64,000 bases of DNA from Thermoplasmata archaeon (GTDB lineage Archaea; Thermoplasmatota; Thermoplasmata; GCA-020350865): NCBI GenBank assembly GCA_020348445.1, contig CP070751.1:2744750-2808749 (forward strand), read 5' to 3'. The notes under the pieces were generated by a model that ran no database searches, was not told where the DNA came from, and saw nothing but the letters and a program-made list of their open reading frames with translations. A program made the translations under genes and the position numbers. Shown here piece by piece: positions 19,637-30,304 of this stretch (position 1 is its first letter; every line of letters starts with the position of its first letter).

Positions 19637-20158
19637 ATGTTTGAAAAAAGGGACTACCGTGTTTATCAGGGTGTGGATAGAGAGCAAATCTACCAGCAGG
19701 TTTGTGATTTCTGGACAAGGCAGGGCTTCTATGTTGCTCAGATTTCACCTTTTCATATTCAGGGGCACAGCTATCATCAAAAAATTGGATTGCGAAGGGA
19801 GTTTTTTCTGAGGATGAACGAACATGATGGTAACACCTACATAGACCTCCAACTGCAGGCAAGGATATCTGATGAGGGTCTCATCGGTGGAGCTGCAGCA
19901 GCCATTATATTTTGGCCTGTTGCTGTTGTGGGTGGAGCATTGTCATATTCAGAATATGAAAACGATGCCAACAATCTCATGATAAACTTTTGGGGCTTTG
20001 TAGATCAAATTACGAATATTAGAGGCACAATGTCCCAGGCACCCCAAGTTCCTTCCCCCCAACCTCAGCCTCAGGATACTATTCCATGTCAGGGATGTGG
20101 GGCAATACTGCTTAAAAATTGGAAGGCATGCCCATACTGCGGTGATGCTTTGGAATAA
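19637..20158 (+). CDS. Hypothetical protein with hydrophobic segment and C-terminal zinc ribbon
   Basis: GLIGGAAAAIIFWPVAVVGG segment; CQGCG...CPYCG. Confidence 0.75.
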   Translation: MFEKRDYRVYQGVDREQIYQQVCDFWTRQGFYVAQISPFHIQGHSYHQKIGLRREFFLRMNEHDGNTYIDLQLQARISDEGLIGGAAAAIIFWPVAVVGGALSYSEYENDANNLMINFWGFVDQITNIRGTMSQAPQVPSPQPQPQDTIPCQGCGAILLKNWKACPYCGDALE

Positions 20159-20204
20159 AATAGAGTATTAAAAGTATGGTCTATATATGATGTCTTGTTG
20201 AATA

Positions 20205-20813
20205 TCATGAATGTTTTTTAGCCTCTGTAATTCCAAGCTCGAAGGCTTTTATGTTCTCATCTACATACTTAATAGGCACATTCTGTTTGATCGTTTCTTT
20301 AATAGTCTCATAAGATACAGGAAAATCTGGACATGCACCCAAGATTGCCCCGAGCATGATCATGTTACTTACAATATTAGGCAATCCAGAATCTAACGTA
20401 ATTTTCTCAGCATCGAGTTTAATAAGTTTTTTAGGGTAGGCTGATAGAATGGACAATAAATCTTCTAAATTGGGGTATTCCTCATCACCAGAAGTCACAG
20501 TAAATGGATACACAGGATTTGTGCTGGTAACTACAGTGGTATTCTTTGAGGCCATATTTAGATGACGATATGTTTCCACAGGTTCCATACCTAAAATGAT
20601 ATCAGCCTCCCCTTCTCCGATCATGGGACTGTGGACATCACCTATGCGAATTGTGGACATAACCTGCCCTCCCCTTTGGGCCATGCCATGAATCTCGCTT
20701 TCCATGACATTCAAATTCGAGTCCAGTGCAGTTTCACCGAGGATCCTCGTGAGTAAAATTATGCCTTGACCGCCCACACCCACGATCACCAAGTTCGTGC
20801 ATTCCCCGGTCAT
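20205..20813 (-). CDS. iorB: Indolepyruvate:ferredoxin oxidoreductase beta subunit
   Basis: IVGVGGQGII, SEIHGMAQRGG, NMIMLGA, NIKAFELG. Confidence 0.95.
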   Translation of the reverse strand: MTGECTNLVIVGVGGQGIILLTRILGETALDSNLNVMESEIHGMAQRGGQVMSTIRIGDVHSPMIGEGEADIILGMEPVETYRHLNMASKNTTVVTSTNPVYPFTVTSGDEEYPNLEDLLSILSAYPKKLIKLDAEKITLDSGLPNIVSNMIMLGAILGACPDFPVSYETIKETIKQNVPIKYVDENIKAFELGITEAKKHS

Positions 20814-22711
20814 TGCCCCTCCTCCTTTTCAGAAATCAGTTTTATGGAATTCGTGGGACAAACTTCTGCACACACCCCACAGCCAACACAGAGATTGGGA
20901 GAGATTCTGGGAAAATCATCCTCCCCTTTCCAGGATGCTGGGCATCCGAACTCGGAGGTGCAGGTATAGCACTTGATGCAAGTTTCATGGTTGACATAAT
21001 AGGGTACTATTTTTTCCCCTCTTCTTCTCTTTTGTCTTGTTTCTACCAATGCACATGGATGCCTTGATACTACCACAGAGAGTCCATTGTATGCGATGGC
21101 CTCTGAAAAGATGACGAGAGATTTCTTTAGATCGTACGGATCAATTAGAGATACAAAATCGACTCCGCAGCCCTTTACAACCTTAAATATATCGACTGCC
21201 TTGGCCTTGTCATCATTATCTTTGCGTTCTACACCAGGATGGGGCTGAAAACCTGTCATTGCAGTTGTGCTGTTATCAAGTATTGTCAAAACAAAATTGT
21301 GACCCTGGTGCACTGCATTAATCAAGCCTGGAATCCCAGCATGAAAGAAAGTAGAGTCCCCGATAAATGCAATCACATCCTGATCTGTGGCCTTGGAAAA
21401 TCCACAGGCTGTCCCCACACTTGAGCCCATGCATAAAACTATATCAGCAGTTTTTAGGGGGTGCTCAAACACCAATGTATAACAGCCTATATCCATGGGA
21501 TAAATGGTATCCTTTTTTGCCACCTTTTTTATTGCATATGCAGTGGCCCTATGAGGGCATCCAGGGCATAAGACAGGAGGACGCGAGGGCAGTTGCATTG
21601 GATTGATGGGAGCAAGCTCTACTTTAGAATCCTTTAATTGCATCATTGGTAGGTTCTTTTTAATCACCTTTACAATTCCCAATTCGACAATATCGGGAGT
21701 GTATTCATTTGTCCAAGGAAAATGTCCTGAGTCCTTTCCATATATATGTACCTGGATTTTATTCTCACCAGCAATTGATTTTATCTCATTTTCCAAATAG
21801 GGATCCAACTCCTCAAGAACGATTACATTATCAACACTCTTTAGAAAATCACAACACATCTTCTTTGGCATTGGATTTGTCATTCCCAATTTCAGAACCT
21901 TGGCTTGTACATCCAATTTCTTTAGAACATCCATTGCATAAGCATAGGAAACACCTGATGCTATAATTCCGAGCCTTGATTGCTTTTCTTTATTTGAAAT
22001 GAAGTTGAAGTTAGAGCTTTCACTTACCTCTTGTGCTGATTCCATTTTACATACAAGCAAGATATGGTTTTTTCGAGCAATTTCGGGAACCAGCATAAAC
22101 CTTGTGTGCTCCTTTTCAAATCGAGATTTCCCTTTCCCCCTTTTTATTTCTCCCAATGTAATTGGCGCCCTTGTATGGGCAACCCGCGTTGTGGTTCTCA
22201 AAAGAATGGGAAGCTTCAGTTCGTGGGATAACTCAAATCCACAAACTATCATGTCCTTTGCCTCTTGGGGTGAAGAAGGCTCAAGCATGGGTATATTGGC
22301 CAGCTTTGCATACCACCTGTTGTCCTGCTCATTTTGGCTTGAATGGGACCCGGGATCGTCTGCTGAGATTATCACATGAGCACCCCTGACGCCCACGTAA
22401 GCAAGGCTCACAAAGGCATCGGAGGCCACGTTGAGACCCACATGCTTCATGAAGGTCAGGGCATTCAAGCCTGAGATGGATGCCGCGATCCCTGATTCAA
22501 GTGCCACCTTCTCGTTTGCGGAGTATTCAAAATAAAGACCGGCTTTATCTGCGATCTGATAGAGGATATCGCCTATTTCAGATGAAGGTGTACCTGGATA
22601 AGTAGAGGCAAAGTCCACACCTGCTTCCAGGGCTCCTCTTACTATGGCCTCGTTTCCCAAGGCAAGGACTTTTTTTCCTTCCCCATCCATAATCCCCTTC
22701 ATTTTATGCAT
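20810..22711 (-). CDS. iorA: Indolepyruvate:ferredoxin oxidoreductase alpha subunit
   Basis: LGNEAIVRG, YPGTPSSE, KHVGLNVASD, RPPVLCPGCPHR, DIGCY, IGDSTFFH, C-terminal ferredoxin CxxCxxC. Confidence 0.96.
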   Translation of the reverse strand: MHKMKGIMDGEGKKVLALGNEAIVRGALEAGVDFASTYPGTPSSEIGDILYQIADKAGLYFEYSANEKVALESGIAASISGLNALTFMKHVGLNVASDAFVSLAYVGVRGAHVIISADDPGSHSSQNEQDNRWYAKLANIPMLEPSSPQEAKDMIVCGFELSHELKLPILLRTTTRVAHTRAPITLGEIKRGKGKSRFEKEHTRFMLVPEIARKNHILLVCKMESAQEVSESSNFNFISNKEKQSRLGIIASGVSYAYAMDVLKKLDVQAKVLKLGMTNPMPKKMCCDFLKSVDNVIVLEELDPYLENEIKSIAGENKIQVHIYGKDSGHFPWTNEYTPDIVELGIVKVIKKNLPMMQLKDSKVELAPINPMQLPSRPPVLCPGCPHRATAYAIKKVAKKDTIYPMDIGCYTLVFEHPLKTADIVLCMGSSVGTACGFSKATDQDVIAFIGDSTFFHAGIPGLINAVHQGHNFVLTILDNSTTAMTGFQPHPGVERKDNDDKAKAVDIFKVVKGCGVDFVSLIDPYDLKKSLVIFSEAIAYNGLSVVVSRHPCALVETRQKRRRGEKIVPYYVNHETCIKCYTCTSEFGCPASWKGEDDFPRISPNLCVGCGVCAEVCPTNSIKLISEKEEGQ

Positions 22712-23005
22712 CCACCGAGGCTAGGTAATGCTTTTGGGTAAATAATATTTAGCTTCTCATTCTCATGTAAATCATCGCCTCCTGGCCATATTATACTGCG
22801 ATGATTTACATAAGAGGATTATCGTATTCAATCAATCACCTAGATATATAAACTCACGATTATCAGTTAATCCCATTGAAGAGGGTTTATATGTTGAGGA
22901 TATTCGAGAATGAACGTTTTCCAAGATAGATGAGCCATCACAGATAAGCCTTGTCAAATCAATTCAGCCACATGTTTTTATAGAGGATAGTTCATTTGCG
23001 ACTTT

Positions 23006-23884
23006 GTGTCTAGAATGTCCAACGATAGCAACTTTGGATACAACCGCACAACACCCTTTCAAAACATCACAGAAAACTTGGTGATACCCACACATCTTAA
23101 GGTCTTCCTACCGAGAAAGTGGGAACTGATAGGTGATGTTCTACTCATGAAGATACCAGTGGAGTTGGAGCCTTTAAGGGAGGATATCGCCTGTGCATAT
23201 GCCAAGGAGCTGGGTGCCAAGACCGTACTTCAGGATATGGGAATTACGGGCAATCTAAGGGAGCCGAAGGTGGAGCTTCTTTGGGGCAGTGAAACTGAGA
23301 CCATACACAAGGAAAACGGTGTTTCGTTCAAACTCGACTGCGCAAGGCTCATGTTCTCTTCAGGTAACATAGACGAGAGAATCAGGATGGCTACAATTGC
23401 TGAAAAGGATGAGATTGTGGTGGACATGTTCGCGGGAATAGGATTTTTCTCAATTCCAATTGCAGTCCATTCTAAACCAAGGAAGATTTATGCCTGCGAG
23501 CTGAATCCAGCTGCCTATGATTATCTTTGTGAAAGTGTTCAAATAAATGATGTGGGGGACATTGTAAATCCTGTCCTTGGTGATAATCGGAATTTTCAAA
23601 GGGAGGGCATTGCAGATAGGATCGTCATGGGATATCTTGAGGATACACACCTTTTCCTTCCCAAAGCCCTTTCAATTCTGAAAAAAGAGGGGGGGGTGAT
23701 ACATTACCACGAGAAGTGTCCCAATGAACTACTAAATTCCCGGCCCCTTGAGAATGTGAAAAAAGAGGTAGTGAAGATAGGGCGGAAGATGGAGCTATTA
23801 GAAATGAGAACTGTAAAATCCTATGCTCCTGGAGTTTCACATGTTGTTTTGGATATTAAGATTGAAAGTAGGATCACTAAATAG
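23006..23884 (+). CDS. Trm5/Taw2-family (Met-10+-like) SAM-dependent tRNA G37/wyosine enzyme
   Basis: WELIGDV, ETIHKENGVSFKLD..MFSSGN..ER, DMFAGIGFFSIP, ADRIVMG, IHYHE, VKSYAPGV. HYHE leans toward Taw2. Confidence 0.85.
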   Translation: MSRMSNDSNFGYNRTTPFQNITENLVIPTHLKVFLPRKWELIGDVLLMKIPVELEPLREDIACAYAKELGAKTVLQDMGITGNLREPKVELLWGSETETIHKENGVSFKLDCARLMFSSGNIDERIRMATIAEKDEIVVDMFAGIGFFSIPIAVHSKPRKIYACELNPAAYDYLCESVQINDVGDIVNPVLGDNRNFQREGIADRIVMGYLEDTHLFLPKALSILKKEGGVIHYHEKCPNELLNSRPLENVKKEVVKIGRKMELLEMRTVKSYAPGVSHVVLDIKIESRITK

Positions 23885-23942
23885 GTAATTTATGGATGGA
23901 GAACCTAGAACTAATTACTTAAAGTTTGAGATAACGAAATGA

Positions 23943-24395
23943 TTACATGCTTTTATTTCGCGACCTAGGTGGCTCAGTATTTTGTAATGATTCTTTCCGC
24001 TTCTTCTCCTTTTGTTTTTTATAAATAGCGATTTCAATGGACGCCCGAATCTCCTGATCCTGTACAGGTTTGACTATGTATCCCGCTGGCTCGCAGATTT
24101 TCGCTTTTTCAACGATTTTATCATCTGCAAAGGCAGTCATAAAAATGACAGGTAAATCCAGTTCGTTTTTTATCTCTGCAGCTGCATCCATACCTGTTTT
24201 TTCTCCTGGCATTATTATGTCCATGATAATCAAATCTGGATATAATTCCCTAGCCTTCGTAAGAGCCTCTTCTGCATTTGATGCAGTTCCCACCACATTA
24301 TATCCCATGTTCGAGAGGAGTTTCTCCATGTGCATTGTTATTATTTTTTCATCATCAACAAGCAAAATTCTGATTTTTTCTCCTTTTTGTGGCAT
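23943..24395 (-). CDS. Single-domain response regulator (REC)
   Basis: ILLVDDE, PDLIIMDI, PVIFMTA, GYIVKP. Confidence 0.93.
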   Translation of the reverse strand: MPQKGEKIRILLVDDEKIITMHMEKLLSNMGYNVVGTASNAEEALTKARELYPDLIIMDIIMPGEKTGMDAAAEIKNELDLPVIFMTAFADDKIVEKAKICEPAGYIVKPVQDQEIRASIEIAIYKKQKEKKRKESLQNTEPPRSRNKSM

Positions 24396-27300
24396 TATTT
24401 AACATCCTCCCTTGGTACCTCTATTACGAATTCTGTTCCATCCTTTCTGATTATCTCTATATCTCCTGAAAGTTGTTCTGTTAAGTTCTTCACAATTTTC
24501 AATCCAAGTGTTTCCGATTTATTGATATCGATATCAGGTGATAATCCTATACCATCATCTTTTACCACCATTGATATGTTTGGGCCAAGATCCTTGAGAA
24601 TGATGCATATACTGCCCTGATCTTTGTTTACGAAGGCGTGTTTTAATGCGTTGAAAATAAGCTCATTGGCGATGAGGGCCATAGGTATGGCTTGGTCTGT
24701 GTTTAATTGGATGTCGTCTCCCTCAACACTGTAATTGACTTTCATATCTTTATGCGTTTTAAACTTCAAAAGGTCGGTTAACAATTCTTCAATGAAGTTC
24801 TTCAGATTCAAGCCACTGATTGTTTGTCCTTCATATGCTCTTGAATAAATGAGGGCAATAGTCTCTATCACGCTTTGAATCTCTTGAAACTTCTTTACCA
24901 TAGCATCATCTTTTGCCTGCATGCTTTGCATGCTCACCATGCTGGATAACAGTTGGAGGTTGTTCTTGACCCGATGTTTCAATTCCTTGAACAGGAGTTC
25001 TCTCTCCTTTAGGGAGCGTTTAAGTTCTTTTTCCTGTTTCTTGCGTTCCGTGATATCAGTTACTATACCAAGAATCGCGTTCTCCCCCTCGAATTTAATT
25101 AATTTAGTCGTACAAATTCCCTCGATTCGTTTACCTTCTTTTGTGATGATGGCATATTCAAGTGTGCCTACTTCCTCACCCCTCATATGAGCAGCGAAGT
25201 TGGACCTTAATTTTTCTTTATACTCAGGTGCAATTAATTTGAGATAGTCAAAATCTGTTGAGTATAATTCCTCTCTTTTATATCCCATAATTTCCTCGCA
25301 TTTCTCATTTGCATATACTATGGGACCCAATTTGTTTATAAAGATCATATTAGGTGATTTTTCTGCAAGATTCCTGAATTTTTCTTCACTTTCCCGTATC
25401 ACTTCCTCGACGTTTTTACGATCAGTTATATCATTGAATGTCGTGTACACTTGATATGGCTTGTCCTCCCCAGGCTTAAATTGCGGTATGGCATTGATAT
25501 TTATCCAATTATAATCCATCTTTTCTGGATTAAAAATACCCATTATCACATTCCGTACCTCGTTTCCAGTCCCAAGAGCAACCATTGATGGATGATCCTC
25601 TCCTAAAAAATCAGAGCCATCTTCACGTACTGCCTTCCATCGGGGGTCCTTAGATGTCCTACCTAGCATTTCATCCAATGTCAAACCTAAGATTCTTTCA
25701 GCGGCAGGATTAGCTGAAATAATTTTTCCATCTGCCGCTTGATATACAACACCTTGTGCCATAGTCTCGAATAAAGTTCGATGTTTCTTTTCACTTTCAC
25801 GAAGTGCTAATACAGCTTGTTTACTGTCCGTAATATCCTCTAATATGGTAGCAAAATAACCTTTTTCAGGACTATAAGCGGTGATAGAGAACCATTTCCC
25901 AGTTTGTTCCAGATACTCCTCAAAACGAATCTCCCCTTCCTGTAAAGCCACGGCAGCAGCCTTCTCTATCCAACCTGCCGCATCATTTTCGATATCGGGA
26001 AATATTTCAGTGACCCGTTTTCCTATGATTTCCTCTCTGCGTAAACCCGTCATTCTCTCAAAAGCTGGATTCACCTCTAGGAACGAAAAATCTACAGGAT
26101 TTTTATTTTCATCCAATTCGATTTTATGGTATGTAAAACCGTCGATCATATTGTTGAATAAAGCATGGTACCGCTTTTTGCTATTACGGAGAGCTTCTTC
26201 AGCCTGCTTGCGATCAGTGACATCATGAAGAATGGTCTGTATTGCTGGCTTGTCTTTGTATGAAAAGGAAGTGGTAAACCCTTCCACATATCGCGATGTT
26301 CCATCCATTCGAACTATTCTTGCATCAACAATTGGAGGTTCTTTTTCCCCATTTGCTATTTGACGCATTCGTCCCTTTACATTATCTTTACTTTCGGAGT
26401 GTACGAAATCGAGAAGAGGTTTACCAATAAGATCCTCTGGATTTTTTACACCAACAAGTTTCGCTGCTGCGGGATTGACAAAGATAATAATGCCCTCACT
26501 GTGTACAACTATGGCATTGGGAATCTGCTCTATGAGCACCCGATACTTTTTCTCGCTCTCCCGCAATGCCTTTTCGGTCTTTTTTCGCTCAGTTATATCG
26601 GAAAGAATCCCCTGCATTCCGATAGTCCCATCTTCCGAATATACTGGTCGACTTGAAGTGAGTACCCATCGAATCTCACCAGATTTGGTTAAAATTCTGT
26701 ACTCATTTGATGAAAGATTGCCTGATAGAATACTCTGGATATTCTTGGTTAAATAAGGTAAATCTTCTTCATAAACATATTCTTTAAAAGATCGGCCGAT
26801 TATATTTGAGGGATTATATCCCAATAAAGCTTCTATTGCAGGACTGACATAGGTTATTTCCCCATCTAAATTTACTCTGTAAATGACTTCGTTTATATTT
26901 TCTACTAAATCACGAAACTTATCCTCACTTTCCCTCAAAGCCTCCTCAGATATTTTTTGCTCGGTGATGTCGGTTATGATAAGTCCAAGACCATCGCCCA
27001 CTTTAAAGCTCTTAACTGCTAAATGAACATCTCCAAATTTTGGATGGGGAACAAGATCCTCAACAAATGAGGGATTTCCTGATTTAATAACCTCCATATA
27101 CTCATTGAGTCTATCAGTGGCCTTTATATATGGCATAATGTCCACGATATTCTTTCCCAGTATCTCCTTTCTGGGAATCCCAAAGGTCATCAATGTAGCA
27201 CTATTTACATCTAAAAGATTCAGTTGTGAATCGAAAAGAGCAAAGCCATCGGTTGCAGATTCCATAAATGTCCTTATCTGTTCTTCGCGTATTTGGAGCT

Positions 27301-28210
27301 GTTTTTCTGCCAACTTTCGCTCGGTTATATCCTGTTGGAAACCAATCATAGAGATAAAATTCCCTTTCTTATCCAACATTTTATAAATCAACGCTTGTAT
27401 GTAAAATAATTCACCATTTTTCTTTTTATTAAGAATTTCTCCTTCCCAATACCCCTTTTCCTCAAGAGCTTCATAGATCTCCTTTTGCGTCCCTTCTGCG
27501 TTTGAATCTGCGTTGAGTATGCCGGGATCCTTTCCTAAAAGTTCTCCTTTCTCATAACCAAACATTTTTTCAGTAGAGGGATTTACATAGTTTATCATAT
27601 AGTTTTTATCAGTTGTAATAACTGAAAATGGAACACTTCGCATCACTTCTTTGTAGAAAATGTTTTGAGCCTCTGCGCGCTTTCGCTCAATAACCTCTTT
27701 CCTCAAATCCTCATTAGCCTTTTGTAGATCAGCTGTGCGTTCTTTTACACGTTCCTCCAATTCATCCCGGGCTTTTCTTAATTCCTCCTCTATTTCTTTT
27801 CTTTGGGTGATGTTTCTCGCGATTCCGAAAGCGGCAGAAACCTTTTTCTCGGAATCAAAAATTGGAGCTGCATTGTTTAGGATATGGATATAAGAACCAT
27901 CTTTGGTTCTATATCTGTATTCGAGATCATTTACCGTTTTCCCTTCTATTAATAGGGCGAATCTCTCTTTAACAACCTCGAGATCATCTGGGTGGACCAA
28001 TTCAAATCCATTTATCTTTTTCATTTCCTCCTCAGAATAGCCTAGGTGTTTCTGAACCGCATTATTGGTAAACAGAAAATTTCCCATAAGATCTACAGTA
28101 AAAATTATATCGTCAGATGTTTCTACTAAAGTGCGGTATATTTCATCGGACTTTTGAAGAACCTTTTCTACAGAATCATGTTGGTATTCATTTTTTTTCC
28201 TTTCCATCAT
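24395..28210 (-). CDS. Soluble histidine kinase with eight PAS/PAC domains (HisKA_2 type)
   Basis: Eight PAS starts (e.g. YRTLVETSDD, FRDLVENINE, FRNLAEKSPN). H-box ELKHRVKNNLQ, ANELIFNALKHAF, DDGIG, TLGL. No TM helix seen. Confidence 0.93.
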   Translation of the reverse strand: MMERKKNEYQHDSVEKVLQKSDEIYRTLVETSDDIIFTVDLMGNFLFTNNAVQKHLGYSEEEMKKINGFELVHPDDLEVVKERFALLIEGKTVNDLEYRYRTKDGSYIHILNNAAPIFDSEKKVSAAFGIARNITQRKEIEEELRKARDELEERVKERTADLQKANEDLRKEVIERKRAEAQNIFYKEVMRSVPFSVITTDKNYMINYVNPSTEKMFGYEKGELLGKDPGILNADSNAEGTQKEIYEALEEKGYWEGEILNKKKNGELFYIQALIYKMLDKKGNFISMIGFQQDITERKLAEKQLQIREEQIRTFMESATDGFALFDSQLNLLDVNSATLMTFGIPRKEILGKNIVDIMPYIKATDRLNEYMEVIKSGNPSFVEDLVPHPKFGDVHLAVKSFKVGDGLGLIITDITEQKISEEALRESEDKFRDLVENINEVIYRVNLDGEITYVSPAIEALLGYNPSNIIGRSFKEYVYEEDLPYLTKNIQSILSGNLSSNEYRILTKSGEIRWVLTSSRPVYSEDGTIGMQGILSDITERKKTEKALRESEKKYRVLIEQIPNAIVVHSEGIIIFVNPAAAKLVGVKNPEDLIGKPLLDFVHSESKDNVKGRMRQIANGEKEPPIVDARIVRMDGTSRYVEGFTTSFSYKDKPAIQTILHDVTDRKQAEEALRNSKKRYHALFNNMIDGFTYHKIELDENKNPVDFSFLEVNPAFERMTGLRREEIIGKRVTEIFPDIENDAAGWIEKAAAVALQEGEIRFEEYLEQTGKWFSITAYSPEKGYFATILEDITDSKQAVLALRESEKKHRTLFETMAQGVVYQAADGKIISANPAAERILGLTLDEMLGRTSKDPRWKAVREDGSDFLGEDHPSMVALGTGNEVRNVIMGIFNPEKMDYNWININAIPQFKPGEDKPYQVYTTFNDITDRKNVEEVIRESEEKFRNLAEKSPNMIFINKLGPIVYANEKCEEIMGYKREELYSTDFDYLKLIAPEYKEKLRSNFAAHMRGEEVGTLEYAIITKEGKRIEGICTTKLIKFEGENAILGIVTDITERKKQEKELKRSLKERELLFKELKHRVKNNLQLLSSMVSMQSMQAKDDAMVKKFQEIQSVIETIALIYSRAYEGQTISGLNLKNFIEELLTDLLKFKTHKDMKVNYSVEGDDIQLNTDQAIPMALIANELIFNALKHAFVNKDQGSICIILKDLGPNISMVVKDDGIGLSPDIDINKSETLGLKIVKNLTEQLSGDIEIIRKDGTEFVIEVPREDVK

Positions 28211-29943
28211 TTCATCATCCCCTTTCTTTTGGCTATGGATTGTTCCAGAGTGGTTATAAGTTGGATCTTAGTTACAGGTTTTATAAGATATTCGTCCACA
28301 CCCATTGACGTTAATTTTGTCTTTATCTTGCTGTCTAGCGATGATGTAAAAACCACAATGCATGCTGAGGGATCATAGTCCATAATCCTCTTCGTTGCCT
28401 CGATCCCGTTTCCTCCTTTTACAAATATATCCATTAGGACAACATCGGGTTTAACATCGTTCTCGCACAGCTCCTTATAACGGTCGAAAGCGCCTTGGCC
28501 ATTGTCAACCGCACCAACAACATCGAAATCTGCCTCGGAAAAAATATCCTTTAATAAATCAACCATGACCTTCGAATCTTCTACAATAAGTACTTTATTC
28601 TTTTTTCCAGAATCTCCAAATCTATATTGAATATCGGTTAAGGCTCGCAGATAATTTAATTTCTCGATCAGCACAGCCTGCAAAGAGGTTCTATCATTTT
28701 TATTAAGTGGTAATATATATTTGGGTTCAGTTAGCAATTCCAATATCATGCTCAAGACCGTTTTTGAAGGGACTTTTTTAGAAGGTTCAAGATCCAAATC
28801 TTTTTTAACCTCTGTAATGATGGATGTTGCTTCCTCTAAAGCAAAATACTTCTTTAATATATTCATAAGTTGTTGTTCTGTATCTTCTGAAATCATGTCT
28901 TTTTTCTCTCCGGATGGTGAGGCAAACATTTTAGTGGTTGGCTCAGGATTTAAATTCACATTAAAACTGGAATTATCTAAAGAAAAATAATTAAAATTGA
29001 TGTTTTCGTAAGATATAATGGTATTGGACATGAAATCATTGATCTTTTGCTGGCCGTTTAACAGTTCCCTAATATTTAAAAAGACAGATAGTATAAATAT
29101 ATTATCTTTATCATTTACACATAATATTATAGTGGGATCAGAACACAAGTTGGAAAGTATTTTTTTTTCCACTACCTTACCCTCTAGTCTGATATTGAAC
29201 CATGCCAATATCGAGAAACCAAAGTCGCTGAGATTTGGTTTGATGGTGCTTTTTACGATACCCCGTTTAATAAGTGACTTTCTTAATTTGGTTATGGTTG
29301 GATGCGATACATTTATAGTTTGTGATCGTTGGAAATCAGAAGGCTGCGAATCTCTTAAAAGGCTCTGTATAATGATCTTCTCATTCTTTTTTAATTCATC
29401 AAAAGACCATGTTGATAAATTATGATTAATCTTTGCTGGTATATTTATATTGAGTGTTTTGCACAACAGATGACCGTAGTCAAAATATCTCCAAACTTTC
29501 ACATTATCTGTATCGAACCAGATTTTATTTATGTCAAAGGTCATTTCATTTATATATTGCTCATTGACTGTGGAGGTTTGTTCTTTTAAAAGATCGCTTT
29601 CCTTTGGAGGAACCAGACCCATAACCAACCATGATATATTATCTGAAGCCATGAAAAAGGGAGTAGCGGGGTGTGTAACAAAACCTGTTATAGTATTTCG
29701 GACATCATTGGGGAACTGAAACCGATATTTCCCACTTGCAATTATAACTAAACCCGAATCAATATTGAAGAACTCAGGAACATACTTTTTCTTTATCATC
29801 CCTTTCTCATTTAATCTTTGTTTAGCAGTAGAAATTGTGGAGGTATTAACAGAGAGTATTTTTGCTAACATTTTATTGCTTTCTTCTGGATAATGGGAGA
29901 TTCCGCACAGAACCTTTCTCATGTTTCCCGACAATTTCTGCAT
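28207..29943 (-). CDS. Tandem wHTH/Lrp-like domains fused to a C-terminal receiver domain
   Basis: HTHs LAKILSVNTSTISTAKQRL and SQTINVSHPTITKLRKSLIKRGIV. REC: VLIVEDS, PDVVLMDI, IVVFTS, YLIKP. Confidence 0.8.
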   Translation of the reverse strand: MQKLSGNMRKVLCGISHYPEESNKMLAKILSVNTSTISTAKQRLNEKGMIKKKYVPEFFNIDSGLVIIASGKYRFQFPNDVRNTITGFVTHPATPFFMASDNISWLVMGLVPPKESDLLKEQTSTVNEQYINEMTFDINKIWFDTDNVKVWRYFDYGHLLCKTLNINIPAKINHNLSTWSFDELKKNEKIIIQSLLRDSQPSDFQRSQTINVSHPTITKLRKSLIKRGIVKSTIKPNLSDFGFSILAWFNIRLEGKVVEKKILSNLCSDPTIILCVNDKDNIFILSVFLNIRELLNGQQKINDFMSNTIISYENINFNYFSLDNSSFNVNLNPEPTTKMFASPSGEKKDMISEDTEQQLMNILKKYFALEEATSIITEVKKDLDLEPSKKVPSKTVLSMILELLTEPKYILPLNKNDRTSLQAVLIEKLNYLRALTDIQYRFGDSGKKNKVLIVEDSKVMVDLLKDIFSEADFDVVGAVDNGQGAFDRYKELCENDVKPDVVLMDIFVKGGNGIEATKRIMDYDPSACIVVFTSSLDSKIKTKLTSMGVDEYLIKPVTKIQLITTLEQSIAKRKGMMK

Positions 29944-30304
29944 AAATATCGTCTATTGTAACTCAGAGCAAATATATTAATATATCTATTAAAATGAGAT
30001 ATATTGAAAAAAAGCAATAAAGAATCATCTGTATGCTCTTACTTTTTTCGAACTATCCCATATCTTTGGTAAAGGAAAAAGAGACCTTGGCCTTCCATCA
30101 ACAAGGCTGGTGTTCTACGGATGGGATATGGGGAGTTGCGTGAAAAAGGTTAATTAAATAACTCATCTAAGGAGAAATCGAGATGGGCAATAAGGTTGAT
30201 TTGGAGTCTCATAATCAAGAAAGGAAAGAGAAATATTTCAGAGTTGTAAGGAATTACAAGGCAGAGAGATCTAAAAGTGAGACCTAATAAAAATTCTGTT
30301 CTTT

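Noticed and set aside
30183-30287. 34-aa plus-strand ORF with AAGGAG upstream
   Set aside because: Too short and featureless to support without conservation data.
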